A DNA stretch of 64,000 bases from a virus (Duplodnaviria > Caudoviricetes), in IMG/VR virus record IMGVR_UViG_3300021431_000122, positions 4,380 to 68,379 of that record. One strand, given 5' to 3'. Below, piece after piece: positions 28,601-39,200 of the stretch; within the stretch, counting starts at the first letter, position 1, and each line of letters starts with the position of its first letter. Both the position numbers and the translations under genes were made by a program. A model generated the notes under the pieces. It ran no database searches. It was not told where the DNA came from and saw nothing but the letters and a program-made list of their open reading frames with translations.

Positions 28601-31600
28601 ACCCAACATTGAAGACGATGCTGCTAAAATGAAAAGTAGCATTGAGACTATTGTTAAGGCTGTAATCGAATTACGTACTTCCGTTGGCGAGAACTTTGGA
28701 AGTATATTTTCTGGAGATCTTGGTTTTAAGGATGCGGTTACCGGAATTCAAGATGTGGGCAATGCTCTCTTCTCTCTTCTTGAAATAATTGAAAAGTTTA
28801 CTGGCATATCTTCTTCTGCTACGCTTGACAAGTTATTCTTTAATCTTGGTTTTGAAACCGAAACAATGGGTAATATAGATGCGAGAAGCAAGGCATTCAA
28901 GAATATAATAAAACAGTATGATGAATATGTAAAAGCTGGCGGAACAAAAAAAATATCGGATCTGACACCAGACGAAGCTGTTAAAAAGAAGCTAGATACT
29001 GGTTATTCCAACTATATTAAAAAGCAACAAAACGCCGAAAAGGCCAGTCGTGCTGCGGTGAAGGCCAGAGAATCTGTAATGAAGGCCGAGGAGGAAGAAA
29101 TAGCATCTTTTGGTGCTGTAGCTGTTCCGGTTGATGAGGTAGATGAAAAAAATGATAAATTGCAAAAATCGTTTGAAGAAGTTGTAAATGGCATTAAAGA
29201 TGTACAAACTTCTATTTCTACCTTAAAGGATTCTCTTAACTTCTCTGAAGGTGTAACTGGTATTAACACACTTGTTTCATCTATGGAGAATTTAATCGCA
29301 TTATTAGAAAAGATGTCTGGATTTAAATCTAAGGCAACTCTCGATAATATATTTTCAAATCTCAGTGAAACAACAAAAGCACAGAGCAATTTAAAAGCGA
29401 ATAGTAAAATATTTAAAGATATTCTCGGACAGTACGATGAATATTCACAACTTGGTGGAACTAAAGACATAACAGAATTAACTGACGATGTTAAATTACA
29501 AGAGAAGCTTCGTGCTAAATATGCAGAGTATGTGAAGGCTAGACAAGAAGCTGAAGCAGTATCTAAACAACAAGCTACCACCTCTCAAACTTCGGCTGAA
29601 TCTGCAACCAAAGAAGCTTCGGCTTTACAAGGCATCACTTCTGCTGCTACTGCTGCTGCTACCGCAAAGGAACTGTTTACAAAAGCTAATCAAGGCGTAA
29701 ATAATTCTGCAATTAAATCGGCTGATTCAGTAGATGCTGAAGGCAATGCAATGTCTAGTGTTGCTAAAATTGCGTCTCAAATGCATGAAGCTAATATTTT
29801 GATGGGGCAAAATGAGGACGCAGCAAATGCTAAAGAACGTGGATTCTTTTTTAACACTGCTACGAGTCATGTTGGAAATCCTTTCTTGGTTGGCAGTACA
29901 GGTTCTTTTCCTCAGCATAAGTTAGATAAGACTGGGATGAATGCATTTTTGCATACACATCCGGCAACAATTGGTTCTTTGTCGCTTATTGACAAACATG
30001 GTGATTCATATAGCGGTGATCTAGTTTCTTTTATTAGCCAACTTGAAAAGGGCATATATACACAGATTATATCCGGGTCTGAAGAAAGTCAAATAATAGA
30101 TTTTAAAGGATTTGCTGAAAAATATAGCGAAAATTTAGATCATTTAAAAAAAGATGCTCCAAATGCCAATAAAATTCTTAGGGAAATCTTTAGAGACGAG
30201 GCAAAATCTTTCAAGGATTCTTATATAAGGAGCAACATGTCAGATTTTGTGGCTTATTATATAGAACAGTTAAGGAAAGATGAAGCAATATCTAATGATG
30301 ACGTAGTAAAATTAATTGATTCATTAGAAAATGAGGCGTCCATTTTTAATAATGGTGATGTAACGAAATATTTATTAGATAAATTTGAAGCTGCCAGATC
30401 AAATCCTGATATTGATCAAGGAATTAATCACATATTTGATTATATATTTCGTCCTCAAAATGCAGATGTTGAATTAGAAAATATACTAGAAAAGATTCAG
30501 TATAGTGGTTATGATTCAATACAAACCACTTTTAACAAATTAATTGATGAAAGTGAACTTCGCAAACTTTATCGTGATGTAGTAACCCCTAAGTTCTTTG
30601 ATGCATTATTAGGTGAAGGTGCCGGTGAAGATTTCATGAAAAACTTCCAGCGTGTGGTCAAAACAGAAGATCTTGATGAAGCGTTGGGAATGAAAGGTGT
30701 TTCTGCACAGGCTAGCAATCTAGTAGAAACATACTCTCTCATTAAGGAGATATCGGCAATTCTTTCTGGCTTCGGAGATGGTGCCAAAGGGTTTGAAGCA
30801 CTAAATAAAATCGTCAACAATCTTGGCGGTAAAAATGGTGATGCCAAATTACAAGCCACCGTAGATGGATTACGTCAGATATTTGAAATTCTTAATACTC
30901 CGATGTCTGAGTCTAGTATGATGGAGGCCATTACTAAAATTGCTGACTCCGGAGAAAAACTTAAAGACCTTGCCACTGTTTTGAAGTCTACAAAAAAAGA
31001 TCTTGATAATGCAAGCAAGACGGTTGCAGGTGAAAATCAGCCTAATACATTTACCGAAGATGAATTTGAAAAGGAACGTAAAATACTTGAAGAGGGTCGT
31101 AAGTATTTAAGTAATTATGGTCAAGTGCTTGATGTAGTATTATCAAGAGGCAAAAACGGTATGACCAATCTTGTATCTAGAGTTATGGGTGAAGATCCAA
31201 ATACTCATGAAAAGAAGATACAAGAAGTAAAGCTTACTACTGCTGACGGTCGTTATTTTACAAGAGATTACATCAAACAGAATACTGCTGATCTTGCTAA
31301 ATATATGATGCAGATGCAACGTGCCAAAGAATTTGCCGAATCAAGGATGAAGTTTGGCACAGAAGAAGTTTTTCTTAAAGATGATACTGATGAAGAGACA
31401 TGGAATAAATTAATTAGTTATGCTTCGCAGTATGCCGAGCAGATAGGTAATATTCTAAAGATTACTAGACAAACAAGACAAAATGCCTCTGGTAACCTTC
31501 TTGAATCTTTTACATTTGTTGGTGACAAAGGTCATGTTACAATGGGGCAGGAATTTGATGAGGTTGCTAGTAGTCAAACCTACACTAATCCTCAGCAGAT

Positions 31601-32933
31601 TGCTTCTGCTTATGATAATTTAACAAGGTCTGTAAATGCGTATGTTAAAGCTAAAATGGAATCTTCACTTAAGAGTGGTGATTTCGGTGATACTGCTGCT
31701 ATAAATGAAATTGATACTCTTGTTAATAAACTGACGATAGATACACAAGAGGCAAATCAAAAACTTGGTAGCATGCAGAACATTGCACAAGAAGCTAAGG
31801 TGCGTTATGAAGATGCATTGTCCGGTGCTTATGATAATTATATAAATGATTATTTAAAAAAGGCACAGGGACAGGTAGATAGGGCAAATGCTACTCGTGC
31901 AAACCAACGCAATGGATATACAGAAGAATATCTTGAACAATTAAAGAAATATAAAGAAGTTTCTGATGAGTTAAAAACTTTACGTGAAAGTCATCAAGCC
32001 GGACAGTTATGGAATAATGATGAATTAGAAAAAACGGTTCAGCTTATTCAAACAATAGAACGAATACTTCCCGGTTTAAAAGATAATAATAATATACTTG
32101 CTAAAACAAGCGATATTGATAAAGAGCTTTCAAAACTCAACAAAGATTTAGCCGACAACTCTATTAGCGGTGAATTATTAAATAGATATATGACCTTGGT
32201 TAACTATCTTAATCAAGTGCGTACAGCCGGTGAAGGAGCCGCCGAAGGCTTATCTCAGATTAGTAAGATTGAGTTAGGAAAAGTGAAAGACGAAGTCCAA
32301 GATCTTCATAATCAAATGATCCAAACCGGTCAATATGGTAAGGGATTTTGGAAACAGTTTACTGGTGCTATTACATCTAGCAGTGCCAATTTCTTAGCAA
32401 CATATTTTAGTCTTCAAGATATCATTAGATATGCACAAGATATAACATCAACTGTAACAGCTATAGATAGTGCGCTTATCGAATTGCAGAAAGTTTCAGA
32501 TGCTTCCAACGAAAGAATTCAACAGAACTTTGAAAAGTCTGCTCAGACAGCACAAGATATGGGTGCAACTATAACAGATGTTATCAATTCCACTTCCGAT
32601 TGGGCTAGACAGGGTTATACGGTTGATGAATCTGAAGAACTTGCAAGAGTGACTCAGCTTTATCAGAATGTTGGTGATAATATATCACAGGAAGAAGCGA
32701 GTAAATCGCTTGTTTCCACCCTTCAAGGTTTCCAACTTGGAGCAGATCAAGCCGAATCTGTAATTGATAAATTCAATGAAGTTGCAAATAATTTTAGTAT
32801 TGATACATATGGAATAGGTCAAGCATTAGAGCGTTCTGCTGCATCTTTCTATGCAAGTGGAACCGATCTCTCAAAAGCAGTTGCACTTGTTACAACTGCC
32901 AATACCGTTCTCCAAAATCCAGAATCCGTAGGT
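25623..32933 (+). CDS. Tape measure protein, exon 1 (2437 aa)
   Basis: Long helical protein; TP901-like TMP core begins near 32460 and is cut at NPESVG. Confidence 0.88.
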
Positions 32934-33234
32934 ATATAATATGTGCCTACCCATATAGTAATATATGGATAATAAAAGTAGCTATATCGGTCAAATGCCA
33001 GAGATGGTTTAGACCGAGGTAAGATAATCAGAGATGTGTAAAAGCACATCTTTTTTTATTACCGTAGAGACTGTAATGGGTGTTATGGTAACATAACAAC
33101 CTTCGCTACTCTCCCACTATGTGGGATGAAGATCCAGTCCGAACTGCGACGATAATCCAATATGAAATCGCAGAGATGGCCAGAAACGACCATCCGCTAT
33201 CAGTTTATCTGATAGTCATAAAAGTAACAGAATG
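32934..33234 (+). ncRNA. Group I intron (301 nt, ORF-less) in the TMP gene
   Basis: P1 exon gtaggt pairs with gcctac; P2 ccatata/tatatgg; P7 gactg (33069) / cagtc (33135); terminal G33234. Splice gives PESVG|TTFKTLSARLRG. Confidence 0.92.
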
Positions 33235-36200
33235 ACAACATTCAAAACTCTTTCTGCTCGTCTTCGTGGTTCTACTACAGAATTAAAAGAACTTGATGAA
33301 GAAACAGATGAGTATACAGAGACAACATCAAAGCTTAGAGATCTTGTTGAAGGTCTTACTGGCTTTGATATTATGGAGGATGAGAACAACTTCAAGGATA
33401 TCTATGAGATCCTTGTTGGAATTGGTAAGGAATGGGATAATTTAACAGATATTGAGCAAGCATCTCTTTCAGAAGCGTTAGCTGGAAAGAGAATGTCAAA
33501 CGCATTATTTGCTATTCTTAATAATATTGATACTCTTGAGGAAGCTTATAAAACAGCAGAGGAATCTGCTGGATCTGCTCGCAGAGAAGAAGAACACTAT
33601 GAAGAATCGGTTCAGTATAGAATTGATCAGACAAAGGCAAGTCTTCAGGAATTGTCTTATGATTTCTTAAGTTCAGATTTTCTCAAAGGATTAATTGAAG
33701 GTGCCAATATTTTTCTTCAAAAGCTTGATGAGATTGTTGAAAAGGTTGGTACGTTAGGTTCTTTAATTGCTGCGTTTACTGCAAAAGACTTTTTCATGGG
33801 TGCAGCAGGTGGAAACAGTATTTTCGCAGAAATCTTTAAAACCGCAGTTGGACCAAATGGCGATACTGGCACAATGATTGGAAACATCAAAAAACTAATA
33901 AGCGGAAAAGAAAATAAAGATGTTTCCAATGCAGCAAAAGCCGCAGGTAATGTCGCAGGAGAAGCACTTTCTCAGGGTGTTGCTGATGGCGTAAAGGATG
34001 GCGCAGCAGAAAAAGTCACGGAAGATGTTGTTAAGTCCGTGGCCGAAGGCGCCACTGATGCGGTTACTGAAAATGTAGCCGAATCTGGTGTTAAAAATGT
34101 TGTAGAAGCAGTAACAAAGACTGCATCGGAAGTTGCAGACGATGTTGCCGATGGTGCAGAAGACATTCTTGCTAAAGCTGTTGTCAATGAGTCCACGGAA
34201 GCAACAATGTCTAAAATGGCAAAACCACTTGCCGAAGGTGTTATTGATACTCTTGAAACCACTTTTGACGATGGTGATGCGGGAATTATTTTAGCCAACT
34301 CTTTAATTAATACAGAATCCATTTCGGAAGTTGCGGACGATGTTGCCGAAGTAGCCGAAAAGACATATGCCACCTATGCCGATAAATTAGCAGACATCGC
34401 AAAAGATGGGCCGATATTTAAGGATGCCGAACGAACATTAGCTAAAGGAGCTGCCGAAGCCGGTGAAGTTGCGGGTGAAGCAATGGCTGGAGGTATGGCA
34501 TCTGGGGCGTCTTCTGCCGCAGGCGGACTTGGATCAAAACTTGTTGCCGCTCTTGGTGGGCCAGTTGGAGCCGCTATAGCGGGTGTGGCAACCGCAGCTT
34601 TAGTAGGTTTAGCAATTGCAGGAGCTGTAAAACGTGCAAGAGAAGAAGCCGTAGAAGAAGCAACTCAAGAGGCTATGGATCTTGCGGGTCGTCAGAGCGA
34701 CATGGACAACACTATTGCTCGTGTCGAAGAACTTCGTAACAAATTAAAAGATTCAAATATCACAGAGCAAGAAGCATACAACACAAAGATTGAATTACTT
34801 TCAATTCAAGAACAACTTTCCGATTCTTATGGAACTCTTTCAGGGCAGATAGATCTTGTTAATGGTTCACTTAAGGAACAAATTGGCTTAATGCAACAAG
34901 CATCGGTATATGATGCAAATAAATTTTTAAACGAGAATGATAAAGCCATAAAAATTGCGACAAAGGAAATGACGAAAGAGCTAAACGATTCCTTGTCGCA
35001 AGAAATATCCATGTATGATCCCGCATTTGACAAGGTCAAAGAGATTGTAGATAAGTATAATTCGTTTAAATTAACATCTACTCAAGACGGTCTTTACCGT
35101 TTAGATATTACTGGAAATGTTCAAGAGGTTAATAGTCAGATAGTTAACTTTATGGCAGATCTTCGTGAATTAAGAGATGAATCTGGCAGTTATGTCGTTG
35201 ATATGTTATATGATAATCTTGACGGATATAATAATCATTATCAAGATGTCATAGATAAGAATCAGGAACTTTATAAAAAAGGTCTTGAAAATTCGTTATT
35301 AGTTAACGGGTTTGATGATTCTGGTAATCTCAAAGAAGATTCTGGCCTGAAGTATCTTAATGACCTTACTGCTGCCGCTGATACATTGAACGATTCTATC
35401 ATTGGTGTTAATGATATATCAGTTGATGAAGCTCTTACCGGATATAAGAATGCGTGGATTGCGGCCCAAGGTTTCTTGAAAGATTCTCCGCAATACTCTG
35501 TCTTATTTGATGAGGTTGCCGAATCTGCAAATACATCAAATGTTTCGCTTGCGAAATTCAAAGAAAATGTTAACGATTCCGATTCAAGACTTGGCAAATT
35601 TGCAAAAGATGTTAAGGATTCAAAACTGTCTGAATCAGATATCTTTGATATTTTGTATGGTAAAACTACAAATGTAGGTTCTGGATCTGACGCTATTCTT
35701 GCTCTTGCAAAAAGCTTTGGAATTCTTAAAGGGGATGTTGCTCCTACTGAGGCACAGATTACTTCTTTTGTTGATGTATTAAAAGATCTTGGTGTGATTG
35801 CTTCTGATGTTGCAGAAGATGGTACGATTGATTTAAGTGGTTTCTTCAAAGAAGCCTCCAATGCTGTTGCTCAAGTCGACAAGATGAATGCCGCTCTTGT
35901 CAGTGGATTGCAGAGCGGAGGCATGTCAATTAGCTATGAAGTTGGAGAAAATGGCGAAGAGTCTTGGACTGGCACTATAGAAGATGTCAGAAAAGCATTT
36001 GGCGAACTTGAATCGTTTAACATAAACGGTTTATTAAAGCGCACATCTAATGGTGTTAAGGTTAATCAGAAAGCATGGCGTAAACTTCGTCAAGAACAGG
36101 AGAATTTACAGAAGAAGAAGTTTCTTGAGAAACAAGCCGATTTAACAGCTCAACTTACCGATTTGCAAACGCAGTTGATTGCGGCTCAAGCCAAAGGTGA

Positions 36201-39200
36201 AGATACAGGAAATCTACAAAAAAGAATTAGCGACCTTCAAGAAAACATAGACAATGTCAACTTTCTTGCAGCTGCTTATGACGGTGCAACATCAGCGTAC
36301 CAGAAATGGTTAGATGTACAGGCAGGACCTAAAGAGGGAGATATCTACGACAATATACGTGACAATGCGCTTACTCGTGGTGATGAACTTCTTAAGAATG
36401 GAATGGTTGGCGATGAATTTAGATCGATTGCGCAGATGTTCAGTTCAGAAGATCTTTCAACTGCACCACTTGAGCAAGTAATTGAAGCGTATCAAGCTAT
36501 TGATAAGATTGTTCCGGGTACTACTAAAAAAGTTCGTGATTTCTTCACAGAAGATATGCAGGGCGCATTCGCCTTTTCTGATGCATTAGTTGAACTTGGA
36601 TATGCGACTGGCAGTTCCACAGAAGGTTATGAATTCGGTTTATTTACTACCGAAGAAATTGCTAAGTCTCTTGGAGTTAGTCAAGATATTGTAGATGCAA
36701 TCTTTGACAAGATGCGTTTGTTTGGTGCTGACGTTACTCTTCTATCTGATGATGAAGTCGAAAAATTAAAAACAGCAGGTAAAAACGTAGACGAGCTTCA
36801 AGATAAATTAGAGAATCTTAACAAAGAGCAAAAAGTAACTAAAGATAGTTCTGAATTAGATATCTCTGTAGCAACCAACTTTAATCTTGATGAATTAAAT
36901 ACCGTCGATGAATTACAAGGTAAAATTGACGAACTAAATACTCTTCGTGCAAATCCTAATATTTCTGATGAGAGCGCAAAAATTCTTGACAGCATTCTTG
37001 CTGAAGTAATTAAAAAGCTTGACATAATTAATGGTACAGATGCAAATCCTGACGTTATTACAATTGACGATGTTATTCAAGCGCAAGAACAGTTGGATAC
37101 TCTTAAAAAGCGTCTTGCACAGATTAAAGAATATAACGACACTCATATAAACGTACAGGTTAACGCAGAAGAAGATCAAACAGTTCAAGATATTGCAGAA
37201 TACCTTGCGGGACTTGACGAGGGTCTTCAACTTGATTTAGGTATTAATCCTGAAAATGTTGGCAATGCAGAAGCTATTATTGAGCAGTTGTTAAGTGGTG
37301 ATTTAAAAATCGAGGATGTCACCGGTGTCAAAGAAGGAGTTGAAAAAGAACTCAAAGCTGCTGATACTTCTGTTGATGTAGAAGCACATGTTAATACCGA
37401 TGGTATGAATGATCCTAATACGCTCATTCAAGAAAAGTTTGCAACAAAAGGTATAACTACAACAAATACTGTTAATACCAAAACTACCGGACAAGAAGGT
37501 GTTGATTCTCTTTCTGATTCTATAAACAATGTTAATGATAAAAAGGTAAATGTTGAAGCTAAGGTCAAAGGCACTGGGACTGTCATTGCTCTTGACAGGT
37601 CGATTGACGATCTTACAGGGAAAAAAGTAGAGGTCACGGCAGAGGTTCATGGAACTGGAACCGTAATGGCTCTGGCTAGTGCTATCAATGATTTAAGAGA
37701 TAAAGACATTACTGTAACCACACATCATAGAAATGATGTTAATGGAACTGCCAACAGAAGCACTCAAGCTAACGGTACTGCTCATGTAGGAGGCACAACT
37801 TATGCTCATGGTAAATGGGGCGCACCTCGTACTGAGACTGCTCTTGTTAATGAGCTTGGCCCAGAGATAATTGTTCGTGATGGCAGATGGTTTACAGCCA
37901 ATGATGGTCAGCCCGGATTTACAGGAATAAAGAAGGGTGACATTATCTTTAATCATAAGCAGTCTGAAGAACTTCTCAAGAATGGTTATGTCACAAAGGG
38001 CTATGCTCACATGGCATTTGCTGAAGGAACTGCATATGCTAATGTGGGAAGTTGGGGAGCTTATTTTACTCAACAGCAATATAACAAGCAAGGTATTAAT
38101 ACTGCAAGTACGGTTCAAGCATCTGCTGTTAATGCGGCTAATGCTGTAAAGGATGCGGCGAAGAAGGTTAAGGATGATGTTGATAAAACCGTTGACTGGA
38201 TTGAAATTCTTCTTGACAGAATCGACCGCAGAATTCAGACTCTTGCAGATGCGGCTGATGATACTTGGAGAACATTCTCATCTCGTAGAAATAATTTGTA
38301 TAAAGAGATAGATGCTGTAAGACAACAAGAAGTCTATGCACAGCAAGGAGCCGAGCGTTATAAGAAACAGGCTAATAAGGTCGGTCTTCCTGCCAACTTG
38401 AGAAAGCTTGTTCAGCAAGGTAAAATTGACATCTCCTCTGTTAAAACCGAAGACCTCAAAAAGAAAGTAGAAGAATATCAAGGTTGGTGGGATAAATATC
38501 TTGATTGTCTCGCTCTTGTAAAAGAGTCTCAATATACTCAGAACGAATTATTCAATCAAAATTATGACATGGTGAAGACTGAATACGAAGGTCTTCTTGG
38601 TAGTATTGAGCATTCGATTACTACTCTTCAGAATTTCATAGACATTGCCGAAGAAGACGGTCATTTCAGTAGTTCGAAATACTATACTGAAATGATTAAG
38701 TATGAGAAGAAAAATATTTCCACTCTTAAAAAGGAAAAGAAACAACTTACTACTGCTCTTAATGATGCGTTGGCTAATGGTCTTAAGGTTGGCAGTGAAG
38801 AATGGGTCAACATGACCAACGGCATCAAGGAATGCGATGAAGCAATTCAAGAGTCAACTAAGAACATCATCTCCTACAACAATGCTATTCGAGATCTTAA
38901 GTGGGAGCGTTGGGATTTCCTGATTGACCGCATCGAGGATGTTAATACAGAACTTAAATTCCTGTATGACCTTATTGATGAAGACAAGATGTTTGACGAC
39001 AAGGGTCTTGTCACAATTGCGGGCATGAACGGATTATCTCTTCTTGCGGAGCAGATGGATGTCTATATGAAAGAGTCTCAGAAGTATGCCTCAATGATAA
39101 AGACAACTGAGGAAGATCTTGCAAAAGACCCATATGATACTGACCTTATCGAGAAGCTTTCGGAACTTCGCAAGGCTCAACAGGATTCTATCATATCTGC

